DNA from: Thermoproteota archaeon | Lineage (GTDB): Archaea > Thermoproteota > EX4484-205 > JAAOZP01 | Direction: 5' to 3' | Assembly: GCA_049700215.1 (NCBI GenBank) | Contig: JBNAVT010000003.1 | Span: 1,366-65,365, forward strand | DNA: 64,000 bases | Shown here: one piece after another, positions 8,849-19,427 of the stretch | Layout of the letters: each line of letters starts with the position of its first letter | Position numbering within the stretch: position 1 is the first letter of the stretch | Made by a program: the position numbers and the translations under genes | Notes under the pieces: model-generated | Seen by the model: the letters and a program-made list of their open reading frames with translations, nothing else | The model's database searches: none | Told to the model about the DNA's origin: nothing

Positions 8849-9679
8849 TCAACAGGTTTTCAGAATCTCCTCTATTATCCTCTTCGCCTTAAGAATGTCT
8901 TCAACCTGCTTAGGCCCAGCGATCTCCCTCTCGATCGTTATCGCACCCCTGTATCCGAGTGAAACAAGCTTGGGGAGAAAAACCTTATAGTTCACCTTCC
9001 CCTCTCCCAACGGTTTCTCCTGGCCTAGGGCATACCCGTCCCTCGGGTATTCACCGTCCTTCGCGTGAACACCCTTAACGTATCCTCCGATAACGTCTAA
9101 AGCATCAACCGGGTTCGCCTTACCGTAGAGAATCAGGTTTCCAGCGTCAAGGTTCACCCCGACGTTGTCAAGCCCAATGTCTTGAATCGTTCTAAGCAGA
9201 GTCACAGGGGTTTCCTGCCCTGTTTCAAACCAGAATTCCTGCCCGTTTCCCCCAATGTAGCTCACAACCTCCCTTAGCGCCGGGATCAGCGTGATGTAGT
9301 GCGGGTCATTCGGGTTCTCCGGTATGAAGCCCACGTGAGTAGTCACGCTTCCGACTCCAACCTTCCGAGTGAAGTCGGAGGCTTTCTTCAAGGCTTTCAC
9401 CCTAGCCTCTCTTGTTTCAAGCGGAACCAGCCCGATGGTTAACGGTCCCTGGACGAAGTTCCAAACCGGGGTGCCGGGCAGCCCGCTCCATATTGTCGTC
9501 ACCTCGACACCATGGTCTTCAGCGGTCTTTTTCAGCATGAGCGCCATCTCATCGTTGAAATACTCCATCGTCCAGCAGGCGACCTGCGCCGTTGGAAAAC
9601 CGAACTCGTTTAGTTTCTTAAACTCTTCCTCCATGTTCGGCTTCAAGCCGACAATCACCCCTAGTTTCAGATAGACCAT
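8849..9679 (-). CDS. Sugar phosphate isomerase/epimerase (xylose isomerase-like TIM barrel)
   Basis: ETGQE, NLDAGN, VHAKDG, TIERE metal motifs. Confidence 0.85.
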   Translation of the reverse strand: MVYLKLGVIVGLKPNMEEEFKKLNEFGFPTAQVACWTMEYFNDEMALMLKKTAEDHGVEVTTIWSGLPGTPVWNFVQGPLTIGLVPLETREARVKALKKASDFTRKVGVGSVTTHVGFIPENPNDPHYITLIPALREVVSYIGGNGQEFWFETGQETPVTLLRTIQDIGLDNVGVNLDAGNLILYGKANPVDALDVIGGYVKGVHAKDGEYPRDGYALGQEKPLGEGKVNYKVFLPKLVSLGYRGAITIEREIAGPKQVEDILKAKRIIEEILKTC

Positions 9680-9798
9680 TTTTCTTCCATAGCCTGCCTC
9701 CGTTAGTGATTAATAAAGGTTTTTCAATCAGTCAACCAACTGGTTTCGAAACATTCTTGTTGAAAGTTTAAAAGCTTTTTTAATTCCACTGAAAGACC

Positions 9799-10725
9799 AT
9801 GAAGGCAATCGTGGCGACATGGCCCTTCGGGCTGAAGGCCGTAGAATCCGGGTGGAGGATTCTCCAAAACAGGGGGTCTGCGCTGGACGCTGTTGAAGCA
9901 TCCATAAGAGTGGTTGAAAACGATTTTTCAAACAGGTCCGTCGGGCTGGGCGGGTACCCAAACATCGCCGGCTTCGTTGAACTGGATGCGGCAATAATGG
10001 ATGGCGCAACCCTGAGAGCAGGCTCCGTGGCAGCAGTGAGAAACGTTCAGAACCCAGTATCTCTCGCTAGAAAAATCATGGAGAACACTCCGCACGTCAT
10101 GATCGCGGGCGAGGGTGCAGTAAAGCTTGCCAAGGTATTCGGCCTGTACACGGATAAGGCTGAGCCTCAGCCTGAGGCAAGGATGGAGTGGGAGAAACGG
10201 CTGAAAAACGCTTTATCCACCTCCCCCAGCGAGGGGTCGATCGACTTCTGGCTGAAAATGGCTGCTGAAGGACGATACAATCACGATACGATCGGCTGCG
10301 TCGCGGTGGATGAAGACGCGAATATTGCCGCCGGGTGCTCCACCAGCGGGTATGCCTTCAAGCTAGTAGGCCGGGTTGGCGACTCCCCGATAATAGGGTC
10401 AGGCTTATACGCGAACAACACTGGGGGTGCAGCGGCAACAGGCTTGGGGGAAAACATAATGATTCATAACGTGTCGAGGAGAGTGGTGGACTTCATGGAG
10501 CAGGGGCTTCCCGCGGGGGAGGCTGCTGAAAAAACAGTGAAGTATCTCGCTAAGATCGGTAGAAGAATTGAGCAAATATCTTTCGTCGCCCTAGATAAGG
10601 ATGGCTGTTTCGGAGCAGGCACTACTGAAGAGGCTTTCGTGTTCGCGGCAATGTCTGATGCTCTGTCAAGGCCCTGTCTGCTGAGGGTTAGGAGAGGGGA
10701 AGGAGCCCTGAGTCAAATAAAATAG
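9799..10725 (+). CDS. N4-(beta-N-acetylglucosaminyl)-L-asparaginase / isoaspartyl peptidase (Ntn hydrolase)
   Basis: SVGLGGYP, ELDAAIMDG, autoprocessing site HD|TIG, GRVGDSPIIGSG, TGLGE. Confidence 0.88.
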   Translation: MKAIVATWPFGLKAVESGWRILQNRGSALDAVEASIRVVENDFSNRSVGLGGYPNIAGFVELDAAIMDGATLRAGSVAAVRNVQNPVSLARKIMENTPHVMIAGEGAVKLAKVFGLYTDKAEPQPEARMEWEKRLKNALSTSPSEGSIDFWLKMAAEGRYNHDTIGCVAVDEDANIAAGCSTSGYAFKLVGRVGDSPIIGSGLYANNTGGAAATGLGENIMIHNVSRRVVDFMEQGLPAGEAAEKTVKYLAKIGRRIEQISFVALDKDGCFGAGTTEEAFVFAAMSDALSRPCLLRVRRGEGALSQIK

Positions 10726-10808
10726 AGGTTATGACTCCTTATGGCGAACTTTATTTTCATAAGTAAAACTTATATATCAATAAAAGAAGACTTATTGTGC
10801 GATATGAA

Positions 10809-12827
10809 ATGGCGCGGGAAGCGCTTAAAAGCGGATTAACTATAAGAGCCATCGTTATTGCGACTATCATAGCCCTACTTTACACGGTTCCGTTAATCTG
10901 GTGGATGAGGTACTCGTCAGCCAGGTTTGCCGTTAGAAGACTCTCCCCCATGGCTATGCACCTAATGTTCCTTACCTTCATTGTAGGTATAATGGCGGTG
11001 ATTACTAGAAAGTCTTTGAATAAAGCCTTCTCCAGCCAAGAGTTAACCGTGATATACTCTATACTGGCTGCTACCCTTCCAATACCCTGGGCACTCGGAA
11101 TAGTAGAGTACTCCTGGATCCTTACACCATTAAGAGTCAACGATTACCCTGGTGTTTGGCAAGCCGTGCCGGATTTCTGGCTGCCTAAGTCGCTCGGTGT
11201 AGACGTTCTCTGGTCTGGCGGCATCGGGATTTCAGAATTCATCCCCATTATCCTGCTTTGGTCGGCTGTAACATCGGTTCTCTATATTTTCAGCTACTCG
11301 ATAGGTCTTCTTTTGAGGAAACCATTCCTAGAGGTTGAGAAGCTGCCATACCCGCTGGTGACGCCTGCCTCCTTCGTCATTGAGAAGGCAACTACTGCTG
11401 AAGAAGGCGGATTACCGGCAATACTCAAATCCAGACTCTTCTGGACGGCTCTCCTAATAGGTTGGCTGGTGAACTTCTATTACAGTCCGACAGGTGGTGG
11501 TGGACAGGGCTCAGGCTTAGAACTTCTCCTAGGCTACCCGTCTCCAGAGCCATATGTGGCTTACACGTATCTCAGCGGCAAACTCCCCTCTCCATTCACC
11601 AACATAGTGATGGCATGGGATTTCGACGCTCTTGGAATAGGTCTCTACTTGTTGTTCCCCTTGGATATTCTGTTAACCGGTATAATATTCCACGTGCTTT
11701 GCTACATCATATGGCCCATAATTCAGGTTTCGACAGGATTGGTTAAGCCTCAGCCGGGTGGTGGTGAATGGGGTGCATACGGCATCGTTAATTCGACTGA
11801 AACCTTCATACCGGAGTCTTTCCTGGATGTGGGCGCATACATCGGCATAGGTCTTCTAGCTTTATGGATTATCAGGAAGCCTTTGATAGAATCGGTTAGG
11901 CATGCTATCAAGGGGACGGGAGACGAGAAGCCCTTCTCTTACAGAACCATATGGATGCTAATTGTGGTTACAGCAATAATTCTAACTGGGTTTCTGACAG
12001 CGAGCGGTGCAGACGTTTTGTCATCAATAGTTACGGTGGCTCTGCTCGCCTTCGCCATACTTATTCTCGCGAGAGTCAGGGGTGAAGTATGGCCGGGGTA
12101 TTCTAATGCTTGGTGCTGCATTCAAGTCCAGAACTCAAGCACGAATCCTTTGAATCCTGTTGCAGTTGTGCAAGCTGTTTCAGGCGCTCGCAGCGGTGTG
12201 CCTGTCAGCACAGCCGTTGCCAGGTCGATATATGTTACAAGCGGCTTCCTGAACGTTACAAGCTACTACGGGGTGTGGACGCCTGCAATAGCCTCTTTAG
12301 AATCCTTAAAGCTCGCTGAGGAAACAGGAACCAACCCTAGGGATGTGGTGATCGTTGCAATACCCGTAGCTATTGTAGTGACCTTCTTAACATTCCTGTT
12401 CCTTTCAATGAATGTTACACAGTTCGGGGCAAGGACATTCCTCTCCGACTGGTGGACAGTCGGCCAATTCGACCGCATAGGCAATCAGGATGCAGCTAAC
12501 GCTCTTAGAAGCGGGATAACCCTGCCTACGGTAGGGAGAACAGTGTGGACTATTCTCGGAGCAGTGGTTGCAATCGGATTAGGCTTGGCTAGAATCACTA
12601 TATCCGGTTTCCCGCTGAACCCATTAGGCATGATTCTGTTCTCAAACAGTTTCTACGGATTCGGCTACGGTCTTGTTGCATACATAATCAAGTTCCTAGT
12701 GTTGAAAATAGCTGGTGCTAAAACATGGGAGGAGAAGGGTCTACCTGTAGCGCTAGGTTTATTCCTCGGTGGTTACACAGGCTTCTACCCGACTAGGGCA
12801 CTAGTATGCTTCCTATTAGGGAGGTGA
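10809..12827 (+). CDS. Polytopic membrane protein, OPT-superfamily-like (DUF6785/DUF6784-type)
   Basis: Many hydrophobic segments; GLTIRA, SQEL, PDFWLP, EKLPYPL; paralogous to 17473..19395; TATA-like TTATATAT at about 10770. Confidence 0.7.
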   Translation: MAREALKSGLTIRAIVIATIIALLYTVPLIWWMRYSSARFAVRRLSPMAMHLMFLTFIVGIMAVITRKSLNKAFSSQELTVIYSILAATLPIPWALGIVEYSWILTPLRVNDYPGVWQAVPDFWLPKSLGVDVLWSGGIGISEFIPIILLWSAVTSVLYIFSYSIGLLLRKPFLEVEKLPYPLVTPASFVIEKATTAEEGGLPAILKSRLFWTALLIGWLVNFYYSPTGGGGQGSGLELLLGYPSPEPYVAYTYLSGKLPSPFTNIVMAWDFDALGIGLYLLFPLDILLTGIIFHVLCYIIWPIIQVSTGLVKPQPGGGEWGAYGIVNSTETFIPESFLDVGAYIGIGLLALWIIRKPLIESVRHAIKGTGDEKPFSYRTIWMLIVVTAIILTGFLTASGADVLSSIVTVALLAFAILILARVRGEVWPGYSNAWCCIQVQNSSTNPLNPVAVVQAVSGARSGVPVSTAVARSIYVTSGFLNVTSYYGVWTPAIASLESLKLAEETGTNPRDVVIVAIPVAIVVTFLTFLFLSMNVTQFGARTFLSDWWTVGQFDRIGNQDAANALRSGITLPTVGRTVWTILGAVVAIGLGLARITISGFPLNPLGMILFSNSFYGFGYGLVAYIIKFLVLKIAGAKTWEEKGLPVALGLFLGGYTGFYPTRALVCFLLGR

Positions 12828-15800
12828 CTTTCCCCTCGCATAAAAGATTTTTTCCCCTCTTTATTTTTAGTTTATTGGAATTATCCTTAACTATTGGATA
12901 CACGGCTTCTGGCTTAACATCGTCTAGTCAGGCTGAAAGTATTGTTGGGGAAACAGTTTTTACCGGTGCAAGGTTATCTAGTATAAATTTTTTGAATATA
13001 ATTAACCATTTAGAATATTTTTCTTCGCTAAACAGATACACGGGTTATCCTGGATGCGAAGAAGCGTCGAAGTACATTTTTAAATACTTCAGTGAAACAT
13101 TGGGACTGAAAACCTGGGTTGAAGAATATGAACTACCAATACCTTTTGACTATGGCTCGAGTATAACTGTTCATCTTAGCGGAGAAACGAAGATTATTGA
13201 AGCATACGCTTTGCTTCCAAACAACGTGCAGACTTCCTACGGCAACTATACCGGTTATTTAGTATACTGCGGGTTTGGAACAATCAATGATCTTAACAAT
13301 GTTAAGGGAGAGTTAAACGGCAGTATCGCTCTTATGGAATTCAACTCAGGGTATAACTGGTTAAACGTTATGCGACTAGGGGCTAAAGCCGTTATCTTTA
13401 TCGCTCCGAACGATACTATGCGCAGCGAAAGCGACCGTAAGAATCTGGATATTCCTTTGAAATTTCCAAGGATTTATGTTTCGAGGGATGACGGAGCTTA
13501 CCTTAAAAATCTAGCTGTTTCAGGGAAAAGCATAACTGCAACCGTTAAAGTGAATATGAAATGGATTCATGCGAAGGCGAAGAACATTATTGCGGTGCTA
13601 AACGGGATGGATCCGAGGGAGATGGAGAACACTATTGCCTTAATGGCTTACTACGACTCGGCGTCCATAGTTCCAGCTCTCTCACCGGGAGCCGAGGAAG
13701 CTATTGGCATCGCTTCTCTCCTCGAACTAGCCCGCCTGCTGAAGGAGAGTCCTCCGAAGAGGCCAGTCTGGTTCATAGCTTTCTCAGGGCATACACAGGC
13801 AATGGCTGGGGGAAGAGACTTCATATGGCATAGTCAAGAGCTGGTGGAAAGCGAGGATGGGGATTCTACACCATTCGTATGGCACTACGACCACATAGGG
13901 ACTACTGAAAACAGGGATCTAGCCCCCTACGCGATAAAAATGGCTATAAGCTTAGACTTCTCATCCGACTCCGACGCGACGGCGGTGGCTGGTTACGGGC
14001 GTTTCTACGGTTTAGGCGGTCCCTGGTATGATTGGTATAGTTACGATAAGGATCTTACAAGATTCCTGTTTACAGGAGGAAGATATGGGGAGTATAGTCC
14101 TTCAGAGAACATTTACCGCTTGAGAAAAGATGTTTTGCCGGCGAATGCGTCGCGCACGGCTTACAGGGTATTCGGATTGTGGGCGAGTCAACTAGATATG
14201 AGCCAGTATCTTCCAGGGACATTAGCCTATGAGGCGGAAATATTCGCTAGGACAGGAATATGGGGAATCTGCTTCACTACTGCTCTCTCTATTAGGCTGA
14301 CTTACAACACTCCGTTTAACTTGTTCGGGGGAATAAAGTTTGAAAACATTGTCCCACAGGTCGAGTTCTCGTTTACACTGATAAACGCAATATTGAATGA
14401 CACGGAGTGGTTTGACTTTAGCAAAGTAACAATCAGCGGGGGTCAAAAAGCAGGCGTTTTCTTCACTCATAAGCATAAGGATGATGCTGGAGTCGGCTAC
14501 GTTGTTGTACACGGTCGCGTTGGCTTATGGAATATGACGAGGAACTGGTATGAGTACAACTGGACTAGTATAGCTGGAGAGGAATGTGATATTCTTCTCT
14601 CCGTACGCATAACTAATAGGGCTGACGTGTATGGTCATGAATGGGTGCAATTCGCGAATATGGATGACGGTACGTTTGTTTCAAAAGGTATGTTGCCGAG
14701 CTTAGGCTGGGCGGCTCCTCTTGCCGAGTATGAGATTCTACCGTATCTCATAAACAGGACAACAGGAGATATTGAGTATGCTCCCGACATGGGCGTGTAC
14801 GGCGGGTATCTTTGGCCGCATGGCTACCGGTTCCTCACTTTCGACGACCCCCTTATTGATGGGAGTGGAGATAAAATTGTAAATCTCAGTATGTTCAAGG
14901 CAAGCACAATAGCGCTTCACGACCTGTTTGACCCAAGAACTCTCCTAACTCCAAGCATGGGGTCTTACATCAGGATTCTAGACACAAGTGATGTTGAATT
15001 AACCCAGTTTAGCTACATAATGTCCGCTCCCCCGTCATTTGAAAGCGCGGAGAATATTGTGCTGGGAGACCCAACTTCAGGTTATGAAGCCGTGATTTTC
15101 GTTCCTCCTGAAAGCAGGATAAAAATACTTTTCATGACTGAGCAGACTGCTTTAGGTATATTAACCAATAACGGGGAGGGGATTAAGGTTTCAGAGAAAT
15201 ATTTGAATATTATTCCAACCCCGTTGCACTTTACACGTGATCTTACGAGTTTGGTCGAAGCCAGAGTGAGTGGTTTGACTGCAATACAGCTCGCCGGAGG
15301 GGGAAAGGGTGCTTACATTAATGAACTTTACAGTCAGAGCGTTAAGGAGTTAGAATCAGCCCGCGAGTTAAAGAGGGAGAATAAGCATGGCGACTATTAT
15401 CTCGCCCTTTTAAAGTCTTGGTACTATATTCAGCTTGCCTATTCTGAAACTAAAAGCATCCTGATGGATTCGTCAGTCACCGCAGTCTTCTTCTTCATCC
15501 TGATCGTGCCGTTTTCTTTTCTTGTCGAAAGGCTGGTTTTCTCTGCTAAAGGGAATAGGAGGGTCTTAACAATAATCGTGGTTTTCGTCATCCTAATGAT
15601 AATGCTGTTTCTCATCCATCCCGGTTTCAAAGTAACTCCTTTCTCAATGGTTTCAGCTCTCGGCTTCATATGTTTATCCTTGGTGGCTCTAATTCTCGTT
15701 TTCATGTCGAACGAGATTGCCGGAGTACTTAGGGAATTGAGAAGAAGGCTCATAGGTGTCTCTTTCGTCCAGGCGGACACTCTTGGATCCATAATGGTGT

Positions 15801-17476
15801 CCTTCTCGCTTGCTGTTGAGAACATGCGGAAGAGAAAGTTTCGCACTATTCTTGTCCTCTCCAGTCTGACAATCATAACGTTTGCTTCCGCAAGCTTCAT
15901 TTCCATTAGCCCTATTCAAATAACGATGAGGCTTCCCGTTGAGCCTTCAGGAGCCTTCCAAGCAAGGTATCAGGGAGTACTTATTACTGGTACTGACTTC
16001 TTCGTCCCTATAAATCCGATGGTGTCTCATGTTGCTAGTAACCTGGCTGGAGAGAGTGCAACTGTTGCGCCGAGGGCAATAATACCCGTAAGCACTGGGG
16101 GAAGCTACCTGTACAATAAGCTGGGTAAGCAGATACTTATAGCTGGGGTTTTCGGCTTCGCACCTGAAGAGAAGGACATCCTGCACCTTCAGGACACCAT
16201 AATACCGGAATACAAGAGTGCTTCCACCTTAAAGCCATGGTTTACTGAGGAGGATAAGAATGTCTGCTATATTACTGAGGATATTGCTAAGGAGTTAGAC
16301 ATCGTGCCCGGAGAAACAGTCGTGTTCTACGGTGTTGAATTGAAAGTGCTAGGAGTCATAAGCCAGCAGTTTCTCAGTAATGTTGTGGATATTGACGGGA
16401 TTCCAGTCGCTCCATTCGACCCATTGACTACTCGCCCGCCGAGGCCGAGAGTGTATTGGGGCATAATCTTCATTCCTTACAGGTTTGCCATGGATCTGGG
16501 AGGGATAACATATTCGGTGGCAGTAGGCCTTAAAGATTCGTCTACTGTTTCCAGGGTGGCGGAGAAGATTGCGAAATACCTCGGCCTGACTTCACACTAT
16601 GTTTTCGCGGTTGAAGACGTAGGTTCAAATAGAAGCTTTAGATACACGTCTGAAAGAATGTTCGACGTGTCAAACTGGCAGTTCTCCTTAATCCCAATAG
16701 TCATATGCGCACTAGTACTATTATCCACGATAACTGGGGCAGTGTATGAAAGGGTGAGGGAGATCTATATATATTCGGTAATAGGGTTAAACCCTATGAA
16801 CGTTATTGGAATGTTCCTAGGCGAATGCTTGGCGTATGCGTTAATAAGTGCACCATTAGGTTACATCTTCAGCTCCATACTCGGAAACTTTTCAAGCGTG
16901 TTTGCAAACTATGCTTCTACCTCAGTTATCATAGTGATCCTTTCATCAATACTGATAATCCTGTCTTCCTCGATCTATCCGCTCCGTAAAGTTTCTAGGC
17001 TCGTAACACCGTCTCTAGAACGAGTTTGGCGCCCTCCCACGAAGCCTAAGGGTAATACTTGGGATATTCCTCTCCCAATAGCGATGGAGACAGAAGAAGA
17101 GGCTGTTGGAATGGTCGCGTTTATCACGGAATACTTAAAATCATATGGGAGTGAGGCAACTAGCTTCATGGTTGAAAAGCTTATGCACGAGAAAAAGACT
17201 GAGGAAGGGAAAAACGTTTATATTAGTAGGGCCTTAATTAGATTAAGACCTTATGAAACCGGTCTAACCGAAGAAATGATTTTCAAGACTTCACGCGTTA
17301 AAAACCGTTACGTAGTCACGTTGGTTGCAAACCTTGTTTCCGGACCCAGAGTCCTATGGGTAGGAAGTCATCTAAGGGTTGTCGATATGATTAGAAAAAC
17401 AATGCTCGTCTGGAAATCTTTAAGCAGTGAGGAGAAAAATAAGTTCATAAAGCTTGAGGAGGAGATGTTTAGATGA
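12824..17476 (+). CDS. Giant membrane protein: signal peptide, PA/M28-peptidase-like ectodomain and FtsX/MacB-like permease
   Basis: RYTGYPG, AKNIIAVL, AYYDS, PGAEEAIG, FSGH, ISLDFS; ENMRKRKFRT and VYERVREIYIYSVIGL FtsX-like motifs; GTG start overlaps upstream stop. Confidence 0.75.
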   Translation: MTFPSHKRFFPLFIFSLLELSLTIGYTASGLTSSSQAESIVGETVFTGARLSSINFLNIINHLEYFSSLNRYTGYPGCEEASKYIFKYFSETLGLKTWVEEYELPIPFDYGSSITVHLSGETKIIEAYALLPNNVQTSYGNYTGYLVYCGFGTINDLNNVKGELNGSIALMEFNSGYNWLNVMRLGAKAVIFIAPNDTMRSESDRKNLDIPLKFPRIYVSRDDGAYLKNLAVSGKSITATVKVNMKWIHAKAKNIIAVLNGMDPREMENTIALMAYYDSASIVPALSPGAEEAIGIASLLELARLLKESPPKRPVWFIAFSGHTQAMAGGRDFIWHSQELVESEDGDSTPFVWHYDHIGTTENRDLAPYAIKMAISLDFSSDSDATAVAGYGRFYGLGGPWYDWYSYDKDLTRFLFTGGRYGEYSPSENIYRLRKDVLPANASRTAYRVFGLWASQLDMSQYLPGTLAYEAEIFARTGIWGICFTTALSIRLTYNTPFNLFGGIKFENIVPQVEFSFTLINAILNDTEWFDFSKVTISGGQKAGVFFTHKHKDDAGVGYVVVHGRVGLWNMTRNWYEYNWTSIAGEECDILLSVRITNRADVYGHEWVQFANMDDGTFVSKGMLPSLGWAAPLAEYEILPYLINRTTGDIEYAPDMGVYGGYLWPHGYRFLTFDDPLIDGSGDKIVNLSMFKASTIALHDLFDPRTLLTPSMGSYIRILDTSDVELTQFSYIMSAPPSFESAENIVLGDPTSGYEAVIFVPPESRIKILFMTEQTALGILTNNGEGIKVSEKYLNIIPTPLHFTRDLTSLVEARVSGLTAIQLAGGGKGAYINELYSQSVKELESARELKRENKHGDYYLALLKSWYYIQLAYSETKSILMDSSVTAVFFFILIVPFSFLVERLVFSAKGNRRVLTIIVVFVILMIMLFLIHPGFKVTPFSMVSALGFICLSLVALILVFMSNEIAGVLRELRRRLIGVSFVQADTLGSIMVSFSLAVENMRKRKFRTILVLSSLTIITFASASFISISPIQITMRLPVEPSGAFQARYQGVLITGTDFFVPINPMVSHVASNLAGESATVAPRAIIPVSTGGSYLYNKLGKQILIAGVFGFAPEEKDILHLQDTIIPEYKSASTLKPWFTEEDKNVCYITEDIAKELDIVPGETVVFYGVELKVLGVISQQFLSNVVDIDGIPVAPFDPLTTRPPRPRVYWGIIFIPYRFAMDLGGITYSVAVGLKDSSTVSRVAEKIAKYLGLTSHYVFAVEDVGSNRSFRYTSERMFDVSNWQFSLIPIVICALVLLSTITGAVYERVREIYIYSVIGLNPMNVIGMFLGECLAYALISAPLGYIFSSILGNFSSVFANYASTSVIIVILSSILIILSSSIYPLRKVSRLVTPSLERVWRPPTKPKGNTWDIPLPIAMETEEEAVGMVAFITEYLKSYGSEATSFMVEKLMHEKKTEEGKNVYISRALIRLRPYETGLTEEMIFKTSRVKNRYVVTLVANLVSGPRVLWVGSHLRVVDMIRKTMLVWKSLSSEEKNKFIKLEEEMFR

Positions 17477-19395
17477 CGGAAAGTGAAAAATCTGGGTTAA
17501 CGTTTCGCTCTATGCTGGCTATTGCTTTCGCTGCCACAATACTCATGCCGGTTACAATATGGATGCAGCTAGTTGGGGGTCAGGCTGCTGGCTTGGGTTT
17601 CACCACCATCCTGCTCTTCATTTTCATAACAAAGTATTTCGGAAGAAGCCCTCTTACTTCACAGGAAATAATACTTATAAACATCGGCATTGGGATTGCT
17701 GCTTACGTTCCTTTTTTTGCAACATTCATTAACAGGGCCTATTTCGCCGGAAGCCCTGAGGCTTACATGTTCGGCATCACCAGGTTTATTCCCTCATGGT
17801 GGGTGCCTGAGAACCCGCTTATACGCACTCAAGCAGTAAGGACACTTCTTCACATGGATTGGATAATGCCGATAGCTATATCGCTGCTTACTTCAGTCAT
17901 ACTATACTTGCCTATACAGCTTCTTCTCGGTTACATTGCATACCAGACATACGTGGTTGAGGAGAATCTTGTGTTCCCCCTTGCTAAAGCTGAGGCTGAG
18001 ACGGCTATAACGCTTGGAGAAAGAGATCCCAGAAAAACGAGATTCATGTTAATCGGGTTTATGATTACATTCTCATACTCGCTGATCGTGTACGGGCCTT
18101 ATATACTTGGTCCGATAATAGGTGTTCCAATGAGTGCTATTCCAGTGCCGTTTGCAGATTTTACATCACGAATTGAGCATCTCTTGCCAGGGGCTCTCAT
18201 AGGCATAGCTACTGACCCCTTTACGTTTTTCAACGGATTCATCATACCTGGGAAATCACTGCTCTGCATGATTATCGGTTCTATTGCTATATGGATCGTT
18301 GCCAATGTGGTTGGGATTACTTATTTTAAGAGCGAATTCCTGCCTGAGTGGACATCGGGTTTCAGCTTGGCCTTAACATATCAACGTTCCTTTTTACATA
18401 CTTGGGCGAGCGTTATGATCGGCTTCTCATTTGCCATCGCCGTAACGCAATTGATAGACGCCAGGAGATCGGTGGTGAAGGCACTGTCCTCGCTGAAGAG
18501 AATCGGTGGTTCAAGAGGCTCCTCGTTCTGGTACCTCATACTTATGTACGCTGGCTGCTCATCAATATGGGTTATTCTTTCACACCGGCTTCTCCCGGAT
18601 TTTCCAATACTGCCACTCGCCTTCCTAATAGTTGTTTGGCCCTTTGTCACCGCGCTCATAAACGCTAGGGCACTTGGTGAAGTAGGGTATACTGTTGCAG
18701 CCCTGCCGATGAGGGAGATGGTTTATGTGGCGACTTTAACGGCTAACAATATACCTGTTTACAGCGATCTAGGAGTGGGCGTCTGGTTTCTCCCCCTACC
18801 TTCTACAGCAGGCGTCTATCCTTCAGCTGAAACATGGGTCGGCCACTTCTACACAACAAGATACGTCGGGCTCTCTGTTAAAGACGTGATTAAGGCGGTC
18901 GTCATGGTAGCTATTCCACTGTCCTTAATCATGAGCTTCATATACACTAATGTGATATGGTCTTTCAGCCCAATACCTTCTCAAGTCTACCCATGGGCTG
19001 CGATAAACTGGCCTGTCAATGTTATTCAAAGTGCGCTATGGATCACCCGGTCAGTTACAGTTTTGAAATCAGCAATAATAAACCCGGGTACACCTCCACT
19101 TTTAGAGGGGTCCTTCATCCTTATGACTCTAGCATATGCGATTGCTAAAGCGGCACACCTGCCTTTCTCTCCAGTGGCCTTCGTAGTGGGAGGAAGCGTC
19201 CTACCCCCCTACGCCATAACTGCTCTAATCGGGTATATTGCTTACAGAGCCGTGTGTTCAAGAGTTGGGAAAGAGAATGTTGACAAGTATAAGTGGCCTT
19301 TCTACGCTGGCGTCTTCATAGGATACGGCTCAGCGACCGCCATGTTGATCACTCTCACAATAGGTTTAAAAGCTATGTGGATGCTTCCATACTAG
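17473..19395 (+). CDS. OPT-superfamily-like peptide transporter
   Basis: GLTFRS, SQEI, PSWWVP, EENLVFPLA, PIPSQVYP; ATGA overlap with upstream gene. Confidence 0.7.
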   Translation: MTESEKSGLTFRSMLAIAFAATILMPVTIWMQLVGGQAAGLGFTTILLFIFITKYFGRSPLTSQEIILINIGIGIAAYVPFFATFINRAYFAGSPEAYMFGITRFIPSWWVPENPLIRTQAVRTLLHMDWIMPIAISLLTSVILYLPIQLLLGYIAYQTYVVEENLVFPLAKAEAETAITLGERDPRKTRFMLIGFMITFSYSLIVYGPYILGPIIGVPMSAIPVPFADFTSRIEHLLPGALIGIATDPFTFFNGFIIPGKSLLCMIIGSIAIWIVANVVGITYFKSEFLPEWTSGFSLALTYQRSFLHTWASVMIGFSFAIAVTQLIDARRSVVKALSSLKRIGGSRGSSFWYLILMYAGCSSIWVILSHRLLPDFPILPLAFLIVVWPFVTALINARALGEVGYTVAALPMREMVYVATLTANNIPVYSDLGVGVWFLPLPSTAGVYPSAETWVGHFYTTRYVGLSVKDVIKAVVMVAIPLSLIMSFIYTNVIWSFSPIPSQVYPWAAINWPVNVIQSALWITRSVTVLKSAIINPGTPPLLEGSFILMTLAYAIAKAAHLPFSPVAFVVGGSVLPPYAITALIGYIAYRAVCSRVGKENVDKYKWPFYAGVFIGYGSATAMLITLTIGLKAMWMLPY

Positions 19396-19427
19396 GTGGC
19401 GACAATTCTTCACAACCGTAACGTGTT

